Part shown: piece after piece, positions 17,706 to 26,053 of the stretch
Layout of the letters: each line of letters begins with the position of its first letter
Numbering within the stretch: position 1 is the stretch's first letter
Translations under genes and position numbers: made by a program
Source: Dehalococcoidales bacterium
GTDB lineage: Bacteria > Chloroflexota > Dehalococcoidia > Dehalococcoidales > UBA2162
NCBI GenBank assembly: GCA_030648675.1
Contig: JAUSGV010000008.1
Coordinates: 1-41,465 of the forward strand
Reading direction: 5' to 3'
DNA length: 41,465 nt
Notes under the pieces: generated by a model
What the model was told of the DNA's origin: nothing
The model's input: the letters and a program-made list of their open reading frames with translations, nothing else
Databases searched by the model: none

Positions 17706-19070
17706 TCAACCAGCCAACTTTTTAAGTAGTTCATTCCCGGCTATCAGGATAGGATCGTAAACAGGAGCGAAAGGCGGCGCATAGCTCAGGTCCAGATTGG
17801 CGAGTTCCCGAACTGTCATCTTCGTACTAAGTGCCGTGGCAAAAACATCCAGCCGTTTGGCGACTCCTTCTTTACCAACCATCTGAGCTCCCAGAATACG
17901 TCCGGTCTTATTTTCCGCTAACAGTTTTACTCTGATTTTGGTAGCGCCCGGGTAATAATGTGCTCTTGAAAATTGATCAATCACATTAGCAACGTAATCC
18001 TTCCCTTCGAGCTTCGCTTCCTTTTCCGTGAGGCCTGTCCTTCCTACCTCTAAATCAAAAATCTTAAAAATAGAGGTCCCGACTATTCCGGAAAACCGGG
18101 CTTTACCACCCGCCATATTTTCTCCAGCTACCCGGCCTTGTTTGTTAGCAGTAGTGCCCAGGGGCATATAGACATTCCGCCCCAAAACCAAATGATAGGC
18201 TTCGGCGCAGTCGCCCGCCGAATAAATATCCGGAAGGTTCGTCCGCATATGTTCGTCCACTCTAATTGCTCCCGTCTGTCCCAATTCAATCCCGGCCTGC
18301 CGCGCAATTTCCACATTCGGCTTTATTCCCATACCAATAATAACGATATCGGTATCAATGGCCTCGCCATTTTCCAATACGGCACGTTTAACACCGGAAC
18401 TGTCTCCGACAAATTCAACGATACCCATTGATTTAAGGAGAGTAACCCCTTTGTTGTTAAGTTCTTCCTCGACAACCTCATTGATTTCATCGTCCATCGA
18501 TCCGAGAATATCAGGCATCTTCTCAACAACAGTTACGCTCAGGCCCCTTTCCGAAAAGGCTTCCGCCATCTCCAGGCCAATGCTTCCAGCTCCAATAATT
18601 AAACCTCGTTTTGGAGATTTGCCTGCCATGTAATCCTGAATAGCTATGCCGTCTTCAAGCAAGCGGACCGAAAAAATCCCTTTAAAATCATGACCTTTTA
18701 TAGGAAGCAACACGGGCGTGGCGCCGGTAGAGATAAGTAATCGATTGTATGAGTATTCCTTTTCCTCTCCAGTTGCTGCATTTCTCACCAATACGGTTTT
18801 GGCAGACGGGAAGATTTTGACAGCTTCATGATGCAAGTGTACGTCTATATCCCTTTTTTCCTTAAAAAACTGCGCATCATAAGCCACAAGCTTACTGCTT
18901 GACGGGATTTTGCCTTCAATAAAATAGGGAATCCCACAAGCGATATAGGATACGTAGCCGTTTTTCTGAAAGACTGTAATTTGTGAATCCGTATCGATAG
19001 TTCTAATCTTACTGGCAGCACTCATCCCGGCTGCTACGCCGCCGATAACAATAAAAGTATTCTTTCCCAT
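17706..19070 (-). CDS. FAD-dependent pyridine nucleotide-disulfide oxidoreductase, NADH oxidase / CoA-disulfide reductase family
   Basis: [13 protein letters not shown] (FAD GxGxxG), a single active-site Cys context SYIACGIPY, and a second dinucleotide fold [13 protein letters not shown]. The track start at 19088 is TTG. The ATG at 19070 has a GGGGGAG SD 9 nt upstream. Confidence 0.85.
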   Translation of the reverse strand: MGKNTFIVIGGVAAGMSAASKIRTIDTDSQITVFQKNGYVSYIACGIPYFIEGKIPSSSKLVAYDAQFFKEKRDIDVHLHHEAVKIFPSAKTVLVRNAATGEEKEYSYNRLLISTGATPVLLPIKGHDFKGIFSVRLLEDGIAIQDYMAGKSPKRGLIIGAGSIGLEMAEAFSERGLSVTVVEKMPDILGSMDDEINEVVEEELNNKGVTLLKSMGIVEFVGDSSGVKRAVLENGEAIDTDIVIIGMGIKPNVEIARQAGIELGQTGAIRVDEHMRTNLPDIYSAGDCAEAYHLVLGRNVYMPLGTTANKQGRVAGENMAGGKARFSGIVGTSIFKIFDLEVGRTGLTEKEAKLEGKDYVANVIDQFSRAHYYPGATKIRVKLLAENKTGRILGAQMVGKEGVAKRLDVFATALSTKMTVRELANLDLSYAPPFAPVYDPILIAGNELLKKLAG

Positions 19071-19232
19071 ATGTCTAAGCTCCCCCAATTGAACAAGTCT
19101 AAATGAAATCCGCTCACCTATAAAATAATTATAGGCTAAGCCTCCCCGTTGCGCACGCTGATCAATCGATTCGTCTTTTGATCGGCAGAAGCGTGACGTA
19201 ACCGGAAATTGGTTTCAACATTAAACAGGAGG

Positions 19233-19360
19233 CTATAACTGGATACCGATTTTCATCGGTACGAAATGATGGCCGGCGGTTCTACACTGGATTCCGTGTC
19301 AAGCACGGAACGAAATGGGAGGCTCATACACTGGGTACCGATTTTCATCGGTATGAAAAT
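19233..19360 (+). repeat. Three tandem hairpin-containing units (period about 44-48 nt)
   Basis: Unit 1 (19238-19272): actggataccgattttcatcggtacgaaatgatgg. Unit 2 (19286-19322): actggattccgtgtcaagcacggaacgaaatgggagg. Unit 3 (19330-19360): actgggtaccgattttcatcggtatgaaaat. Each unit carries a 7-bp stem hairpin. Confidence 0.8.
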
Positions 19361-19381
19361 ACGAGCGAACGCTCGTATTTT
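19356..19381. terminator. Bidirectional terminator-like hairpin (A-tract, acgagc-gaac-gctcgt, T-tract)
   Basis: aaaat acgagc gaac gctcgt atttt forms a perfect 6-bp GC-containing stem, extendable through the A/T arms. Its location, between two diverging genes, is odd. Confidence 0.45.
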
Positions 19382-19384
19382 CAA

Positions 19385-19413
19385 TTGACTTGACATATAC
19401 CGCGTGCTATCAT
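19385..19413 (+). promoter_or_regulatory. Sigma-70-like promoter upstream of the UDG gene (TTGACT, 17-nt spacer, TATCAT)
   Basis: TTGACT lies at 19385-19390 and TATCAT at 19408-19413, about 30 nt before the ATG at 19444. Confidence 0.45.
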
Positions 19414-19443
19414 AGCTCAAAGCTAATCTATTACCAGGATAAC

Positions 19444-20058
19444 ATGTCAGAGCTGAAACAGCTTTATGCCGAGATCGCTCGATGCCAGAAGTGTGAAATA
19501 GCCAAGCTCCGCACGCGTACCGTACCCGGTGAAGGGGCGGAAAATGCCGAGATTCTCTTTATCGGGGAGGCCCCGGGCTTCCACGAGGACCAGCAAGGCC
19601 GGCCGTTCGTCGGGGCAGCCGGACAGTTTCTCGACCGTTTACTCACTTCCATCAATCTAAAACGCGATCAGGTTTATATTGCTAACGTCATCAAGTGCCG
19701 GCCTCCCGGCAACCGCGACCCGTTGCCTGAGGAAATAAGCAATTGCCGCCATTGGCTGGACCGGCAAATCGCCTTACTCTCACCTAAAATGATAGTAACG
19801 CTCGGCCGTTATTCCATGGCTATGTTCTTCCCCGGAAAGACCATAAGCAAGATCCACGGCACGGCCCAAACCGAGAACGGCGTCATCCACTTTGCGATGT
19901 ACCATCCGGCGGCCGCCCTTCACCAGCAGGCACTGCGGAAGGAGCTTGAAGCCGATATAAAGAAAATCCCGGCAATACTGGCACAATCCAAAGCTGCGGC
20001 AAATCCTCCACCACCCCCCGAACCGCAGCTAAAACAATTAAATTTGTTCGAGGTCTAA
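19444..20058 (+). CDS. Family-4 uracil-DNA glycosylase with proline-rich C-terminal tail
   Basis: The ATG at 19444 (MSELKQLYAEIARCQKC...) is preferred over the TTG at 19390. Motifs: GEGAENAEILFIGEAPG, VGAAG and NVIKCRPPGNRDP, plus Cys residues typical of the Fe-S family-4 enzymes. The tail is AAANPPPPPEPQLKQLNLFEV. Confidence 0.85.
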   Translation: MSELKQLYAEIARCQKCEIAKLRTRTVPGEGAENAEILFIGEAPGFHEDQQGRPFVGAAGQFLDRLLTSINLKRDQVYIANVIKCRPPGNRDPLPEEISNCRHWLDRQIALLSPKMIVTLGRYSMAMFFPGKTISKIHGTAQTENGVIHFAMYHPAAALHQQALRKELEADIKKIPAILAQSKAAANPPPPPEPQLKQLNLFEV

Positions 20059-20062
20059 ATTA

Positions 20063-21721
20063 ATGTTAAAACCAAAACTTAAGATAATACCACTAGGCGG
20101 ATTCAACGAGATCGGCAAAAACATGATGGTGATGGAGTTTGAAAACGACATCATCGTCATCGATGCCGGGTTGATGTTTCCCGAAGAGGAAATGCTCGGC
20201 GTCGACCTGGTTATCCCCGATATCAGCTACCTTGTAGAACACAAGGACAAGGTACGCGGTATCGTCATCACCCACGCCCACGAAGACCATATCGGGGCAT
20301 TGCCCTACGTCTTGCCCCGGCTCAACGTCCCGGTCTATGCCACCAAGCTGACGCGAGGCATTATTTCCATCAAGCTCAAGGAGCGCAAGACGCTCGCCGG
20401 TGCAAGTCTCCACACCGTACCCATGGGCGGCACCGTGACGCTGGGCAAGTTCCGCGTAGAGTTCTTTCCGGTCTGTCACAGCGTACCCGACGCTGCCGGA
20501 CTTATCATTCACACGCCCATCGGGGTACTGGTCCATACCGGAGATTTCAAGCTCGACCACACACCGGTCAGCGGCAAACCGACAGACCTGGCACGTCTCG
20601 CCCAACTCGGCACCCGGGGCATTCTGGCGCTACTCTCCGATTCGACCTACGCCGAACTACCGGGATATACACCTTCGGAAAAAGTCGTCGGCGATGTTCT
20701 CGACCGCGTCGTCGCGGAAGCTCCGGGCAGGGTAATCGTAGCAACCTTCTCTTCCCTGGTTTCTCGTGTCCAGCAGGTGATCGACGCCGCGGCGAAATAC
20801 GGCCGCCGCGTCTTTTTGGTCGGCCGCAGCATGATCGACACCGTAGGTGTCGCCGCAGAACTCGGCTACCTCAGGACGCCTGACGGCGTCATGGCCCGCA
20901 TGGACGAACTCCGGGGACTGCCCGCCAACAAGATCGTGTTCGTTACCACCGGCAGCCAGGGCGAACCGACTTCGGCTCTGGTACGGATGGCAAACAAGGA
21001 CCACCCCCAACTTCATATCATCGAAGGCGATACCGTCGTTCTTTCGGCAACACCGGTGCCGGGCAACGAAGCCCTGGTCAACCGGACGCTCGACACCTTG
21101 TTCAAGCAAGGGGCGAGGGTTTTCTACGATAAGGTCGCGCAGGTGCACGTCCACGGACATGCCAGTCAGGAAGAACTAAAACTCCTTATCAACGTCTGCA
21201 AGCCGAAATTCTTTATTCCGATACACGGTGAATACCGCCATTTGACGCTTCATGCGAAACTGGCGGAATCTGTGGGAATTCCCCGGCAGAACACTTTCGT
21301 GCTGGAAGACGGCGACGTCTTGGAATTATCGCCCGAAGGGGGCAAGGTTATCGGTAAAGTGTCCAACAGTAACGTATACGTCGACGGATTAAGCGTCGGC
21401 GACATCGACAGCGTCGTGCTGCGCGACCGCCAAATGCTATCCAAAGACGGGATTGTGATGGTAGTAATTACCTTAGACGGCCAAACCGGAAAGCTGGTAG
21501 GCCGCCCCGATATAATCTCGCGCGGGTTTGTCGATCCGGTAGAATCCAACGACATGATAGAAGAGAGCCGCGATGTCGTAGCGAAGGCGCTCGACCATGC
21601 CGCGGCAAGACCGGCGGATTGGGGTTTCGTCAATACCAAGGTCAGGGACACCCTGCACAAGTTTTACTACGACCAGACGAGACGCCGCCCAATGATCCTG
21701 CCTTTTGTGGTAAAAGTGTAA
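20063..21721 (+). CDS. rnj: Ribonuclease J (metallo-beta-lactamase / beta-CASP)
   Basis: 552 aa starting KIIPLGGFNEIGKNMMVMEF, with ITHAHEDHIGALPY and HASQEEL. The overall length and architecture match RNase J. Confidence 0.93.
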   Translation: MLKPKLKIIPLGGFNEIGKNMMVMEFENDIIVIDAGLMFPEEEMLGVDLVIPDISYLVEHKDKVRGIVITHAHEDHIGALPYVLPRLNVPVYATKLTRGIISIKLKERKTLAGASLHTVPMGGTVTLGKFRVEFFPVCHSVPDAAGLIIHTPIGVLVHTGDFKLDHTPVSGKPTDLARLAQLGTRGILALLSDSTYAELPGYTPSEKVVGDVLDRVVAEAPGRVIVATFSSLVSRVQQVIDAAAKYGRRVFLVGRSMIDTVGVAAELGYLRTPDGVMARMDELRGLPANKIVFVTTGSQGEPTSALVRMANKDHPQLHIIEGDTVVLSATPVPGNEALVNRTLDTLFKQGARVFYDKVAQVHVHGHASQEELKLLINVCKPKFFIPIHGEYRHLTLHAKLAESVGIPRQNTFVLEDGDVLELSPEGGKVIGKVSNSNVYVDGLSVGDIDSVVLRDRQMLSKDGIVMVVITLDGQTGKLVGRPDIISRGFVDPVESNDMIEESRDVVAKALDHAAARPADWGFVNTKVRDTLHKFYYDQTRRRPMILPFVVKV

Positions 21722-21747
21722 ATAAAAAGGCTCGCCTTTTTATTTAC

Positions 21748-21990
21748 ATTCCAGCGAAGGCGGGGATCCAGATGAATATTAATAACCATTCCCCCGATTT
21801 TATCGGGGGAATCCAGTAATAATCTCCTCCCTTTCGTAAATGGAGGCCCAGGAGGATTTGTCCTAGATTCCGTATCTAGTACGGAATGGCTGATGGATTG
21901 ACTTCTGGATCCCGTATCGAGTACGGGATGACAGTTTATACAGTTTATATAGATTGCTACGGGCTTTGCCCTCGCAATGACATTAATAGG
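21748..21990. repeat. Intergenic repeat island (several perfect small hairpins and a tandem 9-mer)
   Basis: Hairpins: attcccccgat-ttt-atcgggggaat (21788-21812, 11-bp stem); attccgta-tctag-tacggaat (21867-21887); atcccgta-tcgag-tacgggat (21909-21929). Also the tandem cagtttata x2 (about 21932-21949) and ctcgcaatgac (21971-21981). Confidence 0.8.
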
Positions 21991-22004
21991 TTGAGATAAA
22001 GCAA

Positions 22005-24248
22005 ATGCCAAGAAAAAGTTCCGGCAGAAGAGGCGGCTCCAATAATTCCGATGCCCAGCGCGGCCTCGCTATTTTCATCCTTACCGTCTTAGTTACAGTA
22101 TTCATTTACTGGCAGCATAACGCTATCGGCACATGGCTGTCCGGTATTGCCGGTGCCATCTGGGGCTGGTCGGGGTGGGGACTCATCTTCATCGACCTCG
22201 CCATCGGCGTCCTGGTCTGGCTGGCATTTAAACAATGCCTCGATTCCCTGTTTTTCCGTTGGAACCGCTGGCTGGGCATCACGGCGTTCACCATCGCGGC
22301 ATGGGGCATTCTCGGTTTTCTCCACCAGGGCGGTAGCTTCGGACGGACGATCATCGGTGATCCCGGGAGCAGCTTTGCGGGCATTGCGTTCGGCATCCTT
22401 CGCCTCCTTCTTCTCCTGTTGATAGGGGTCATATTAGTCGCCCCCGGAGCTTTTTACCGCTCGCTGGTTCATTTCTTTTCCTGGCTTTTCCATCGCCCGC
22501 ACCTGCGCCGCGACCTGATACCGGTAACTGCCAATCAGCCGGCTTTGCCCATCCCGACGGACGACACTCCATCGACGGATGGAACGCTCAAGCCTGCCGA
22601 GGGACTTTATAAAGCACCGCCGAAACGAAAACCGCTGTTCCCTTTCCTGCAAGGTAAACCGGGACGCGTGACGGAGTCCCAGTCCCCAATCCCTAATCCC
22701 CAGCACCCAGTCTCCGCTCCCGACGCCAGACAGGTGGCCAGAGATGTATGGAGGAGGTTCGGCGAAGCCGACTCGCTGACGGTGGTCGACGGCTGGAAAC
22801 TGCCGCCGCTCGATATCCTGGAAAAAACCCAGGAGGTACAGTTCACCGAGGCGGATAATCAGAAACGGGCCAAACTTATCGAGGACGCCCTCGCAAGCTA
22901 CGGCGTCAATGCCAAGGTCGTCGAGATAAACGCCGGTCCGACGGTTACTCAATTCGGCATAGAACCGGGCTGGGACCGGAAGTTCAAGGAAACTAAGGAA
23001 AAGGACAAAGACGGCAATATCAAGGTCCACGTGGAAGAAGCTTCCAAGACCAGAGTCAAAGTCGACCGCATCACGTCGCTGGCAAACGACCTGGCGCTCG
23101 CTCTGGCTGCACCCAGCCTTCGCATCGAAGCGCCGGTACCCGGTAAAGCCGTTATCGGCATCGAAGTCCCTAACACCGTATCCAGCGCCGTCAGCCTGCG
23201 CGGCGTCATCGAAACGAATAACTTCCAGAAGATGGAGGCCAAGTCGAAGATGACGCTCGCCCTGGGTAAAGGAGCAGGCGGAGAAACGGTGGCCGCCGAC
23301 TTAACGAAAATGCCGCACCTGCTTATCGCCGGTTCTACGGGCAGCGGCAAGACGGTCTGTCTTAACGCCATCATTTCCTGCCTGCTTATGTACAACACCC
23401 CGAACGACGTTCGATTCATCATGGTCGACCCGAAGAGAGTCGAGCTTACCTCTTATAACAGCATTCCCCACCTTGCCGCACCCGTCATTGTCGAAGCCGA
23501 TAAAGCCCTCGAAGCACTGCGCTGGCTAAGCATGGAGATGGACAAGCGCTACCAGAAGATGGCCACGTTCTCCGCCCGCAACATCGAGACCTACAACAAA
23601 GGCCGGACGGGCACGGACAAGATGTCGTATCTCGTGCTGGTGATCGACGAACTCGCCGACCTCATGATGGCCGGCGGCGACGAGGTAGAACGCATTATTT
23701 GCCGCCTGGCGCAACTCGCCCGGGCCGTCGGCATCCACCTTGTCGTGGCGACGCAGCGCCCGTCGGTAGACGTCATAACCGGCCTGATCAAAGCTAACTT
23801 CCCCACACGTATCAGCTTCGCTGTCGTCTCGCAGGTAGACTCGAGAACGATACTAGACAGCGTCGGCGCCGAAAAGCTGCTCGGACGCGGCGACATGCTC
23901 TATATGCCCACCGAGGCCGACAAGCCCAAGCGCCTGCAGGGGTGCTTCCTCTCCGATGCCGAGATAGAACGGCTGGTCTATTTCTGGGGCAACCAGAAGA
24001 AGGATGACATCCCCTCGCTCAAACTGGATGAACTCCACCTCATACCCGCCATGGGGAAGAGAAGTACTGTTGCCGAAGACCCTCTGCTTGTCGAAGCCCG
24101 CAAACTCTCCCAGGAGCACAAGCAGTTGTCCGCTTCATTCCTCCAGCGCCACCTCCGTATCGGCTATCCCCGTGCCGCCCGCATAATGGAACAGTTACAG
24201 GAAGAAGGGGTAGAAGCGACTGCGGAAAGGGATGAGAAGGCGGGGTAA
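22005..24248 (+). CDS. ftsK: DNA translocase FtsK/SpoIIIE
   Basis: 747 aa with N-terminal hydrophobic helices and a Pro-rich linker. The motor domain has Walker A (GSTGSGKT) and VLVIDELADLMM. The C-terminal gamma-like winged helix includes ASFLQRHLRIGYPRAARIMEQL. Confidence 0.93.
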   Translation: MPRKSSGRRGGSNNSDAQRGLAIFILTVLVTVFIYWQHNAIGTWLSGIAGAIWGWSGWGLIFIDLAIGVLVWLAFKQCLDSLFFRWNRWLGITAFTIAAWGILGFLHQGGSFGRTIIGDPGSSFAGIAFGILRLLLLLLIGVILVAPGAFYRSLVHFFSWLFHRPHLRRDLIPVTANQPALPIPTDDTPSTDGTLKPAEGLYKAPPKRKPLFPFLQGKPGRVTESQSPIPNPQHPVSAPDARQVARDVWRRFGEADSLTVVDGWKLPPLDILEKTQEVQFTEADNQKRAKLIEDALASYGVNAKVVEINAGPTVTQFGIEPGWDRKFKETKEKDKDGNIKVHVEEASKTRVKVDRITSLANDLALALAAPSLRIEAPVPGKAVIGIEVPNTVSSAVSLRGVIETNNFQKMEAKSKMTLALGKGAGGETVAADLTKMPHLLIAGSTGSGKTVCLNAIISCLLMYNTPNDVRFIMVDPKRVELTSYNSIPHLAAPVIVEADKALEALRWLSMEMDKRYQKMATFSARNIETYNKGRTGTDKMSYLVLVIDELADLMMAGGDEVERIICRLAQLARAVGIHLVVATQRPSVDVITGLIKANFPTRISFAVVSQVDSRTILDSVGAEKLLGRGDMLYMPTEADKPKRLQGCFLSDAEIERLVYFWGNQKKDDIPSLKLDELHLIPAMGKRSTVAEDPLLVEARKLSQEHKQLSASFLQRHLRIGYPRAARIMEQLQEEGVEATAERDEKAG

Positions 24249-24879
24249 GCCAAAGATTGGAGTTTGTCTTTCCCAATGATTTTTACCTCGGTTTTGTCCA
24301 TTATTGACCACAAAGGTTATCCCTTGTCCGCTTGTGAATAAGGATATATAATCGGTTTATCTTAGTCAGCTCGGAGAGCGTGTAGTAAATGCAATCCAGG
24401 AAAGAACTACAACAATTTGCTGATTCGGTTGATATAGCTACCAACAAACGGAAGCACAACTTGCCAACATGGGGCGTATCATGCTGCCAATTTCACTAGC
24501 TTCTTTAGTGGGCGTAATCGGACTTCAAGCGATATTTCACGTCCTTCAGCGCTGGATTCCAACATCATTTATTTTATGGGTATTATTTTCCGCTGGAACC
24601 GGTTTGAATCATGTTATAAACTCTCTTTTTGTAAAAAAAGATTTGCTATTTGGGAAATTCAACCGACTAAACGATAAGGTGTTCTTTCAGTTCTTCGAGC
24701 GTTTTGCCCTGGCGTATCCGGATACTTTTCAAGCCATCCCACCAATTTGCCACCTTTTGATAATAAATAAACTACATCGTTTCCATAGACAAAACAACCT
24801 CTGTTTACTCAGCTGACTAGAAATACAATTATTCCGAAGATGACCTTTAAGTCCACCGCAAAGCAACAAGAACAGCAGC

Positions 24880-25269
24880 TTAATGGTGTTTTTCCGCTTC
24901 GGCTTTTTCCGCGTCGGCTTTGGTCTGGTGCACCGTTTTGTCAGGATGATTGGGAGGAGAATATATTGTGTACAGCTTTAGTTTTTCCGTTTTAGACGGA
25001 TTTACGACATTGTGGAACGTTCCGGCGGGAACTATGACCGCGTCCCCATCCTTCGCCGGATGCATCTCCGTTCCGTTGAAAATGAAATTTGCCGTGCCTT
25101 GCTCGATACGAAAGAATTGGTCGACATTCGGATGCACTTCATTGCCGATCTCTTCGCCCGGGAGCAAGGACATCACTACGAGCTGGGCATGCTTACCGGT
25201 AAACAATACCTCCCGGAAATAATCGTTGCTCAGGGTTAGTTTTTCGATCGGGCCAATAAATCCAACCAT
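24880..25269 (-). CDS. Cupin-domain protein
   Basis: 129 aa with the cupin motifs G.EIGNEVHP..DQFF.IE.G and GDAVIVPAGTFHNV. Confidence 0.8.
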   Translation of the reverse strand: MVGFIGPIEKLTLSNDYFREVLFTGKHAQLVVMSLLPGEEIGNEVHPNVDQFFRIEQGTANFIFNGTEMHPAKDGDAVIVPAGTFHNVVNPSKTEKLKLYTIYSPPNHPDKTVHQTKADAEKAEAEKHH

Positions 25270-25490
25270 TTTTTACCCTCCTTTGACTCTCATTCCGCTG
25301 AATACTTAAACACTCTTACCTAAATATAATTATAGCCGGGTAAAATCATAATTCAACCTGAAACGAAACACGGAAAAAGATGGGGACTAACCCGCTCCAA
25401 CTTTCGATTAATTCCTTCGGCAAGGACCATCGTTCTTAATTGAGCCCACGAAGAAAACTTCCGGCTTTGATTATAAACCTCCAAAAATTG

Positions 25491-25519
25491 TTGACAGTCG
25501 AGTCACTCCATGATATTTT
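25491..25519 (+). promoter_or_regulatory. Possible sigma-70-like promoter (TTGACA, 17-nt spacer, TATTTT) for the DUF2061-like gene
   Basis: TTGACA lies at 25491-25496 and TATTTT at 25514-25519. Sequence match only. Confidence 0.35.
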
Positions 25520-25564
25520 AATCAATGTTGTTTATGTAGATTATTTTAGTCAACTTATTAGAAA

Positions 25565-25792
25565 ATGGACAGTCACAAAAGAAGCATTTTAAAAGCATTT
25601 ACCTGGCGGGTGATCGCCTCGGTAATCACTTTCCTGGTCAGTTACGCCCTGACAAGGAAAGTTGAATTGGCCGCCGGCATTAGCCTGTTCGACACCTTGA
25701 TAAAAGTGTTCTCTTATTACGGACACGAGAGGATCTGGGAAAAAATCAATTTCGGCAGGAAAGCGACACCGAGCCAGGACTACACGATTTAG
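25565..25792 (+). CDS. Small membrane protein, DUF2061-like
   Basis: 75 aa with SILKAFTWRVIASVITFLVSY...YYGHERIWEKI, which resembles the DUF2061 two-helix pattern as I remember it. Confidence 0.65.
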   Translation: MDSHKRSILKAFTWRVIASVITFLVSYALTRKVELAAGISLFDTLIKVFSYYGHERIWEKINFGRKATPSQDYTI

Positions 25793-25863
25793 CAGGATAC
25801 TGAAAAACCCCCTTCTTCACCCCTGCTCTTTGAAAACGGGCGAAAAGAGGGCGGTGCAGGCTC

Positions 25864-25899
25864 AAAATCCCTCTCAATCTCCCTTTGCGAAAGGGAGAG
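25864..25899 (+). repeat. 36-nt element aaaatccctctcaatctccctttgcgaaagggagag (second copy of 16299-16334)
   Basis: 34/36 identical to 16299-16334 in the same orientation. It contains the hairpin ctcccttt-gcg-aaagggag. Confidence 0.85.
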
Positions 25900-26003
25900 G
25901 AAAGACGTTGGCTCCCTTTTTCATCATCCTGTTAGGGCGCGGTTTCGCCCCTTTGGTTCTCGAAAAAAAATAGAGTTTCAAGCGGCTTTCATGCTCCGTC
26001 TGA

Positions 26004-26032
26004 TTGACACCAATCCTCGCCACGGCTAGAAT
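26004..26032 (+). promoter_or_regulatory. Sigma-70-like promoter (TTGACA, 17-nt spacer, TAGAAT) for the MBL lipoprotein gene
   Basis: TTGACA lies at 26004-26009 and TAGAAT at 26027-26032. A GAAGGAAG SD precedes the ATG at 26054. Confidence 0.5.
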
Positions 26033-26053
26033 TCCTGCGAAGGAAGAAATGGA

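Noticed and set aside
19233-19360. Possible mini-CRISPR array (regularly spaced repeats).
   Set aside because: There are only three units. The units are themselves degenerate hairpins with 10-16-nt linkers rather than 25-40-nt unique spacers. No cas genes or leader are present. It is better described as a tandem hairpin repeat.
21724-21741. aaaaagg-ctcg-ccttttt after rnj as an intrinsic terminator.
   Set aside because: The stem is only 7 bp and mostly A:T. It is plausible but too weak to report as a feature without 3'-end data.
24666-24755. A minus-strand 29-codon frame resembling the start of an XRE-type HTH protein, considered as a real gene.
   Set aside because: It is truncated by a stop after the first putative helix-turn. 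Only a GTG start is available and there is no SD. At best it is a pseudogene fragment, so it is mentioned under the AT-rich island finding instead.
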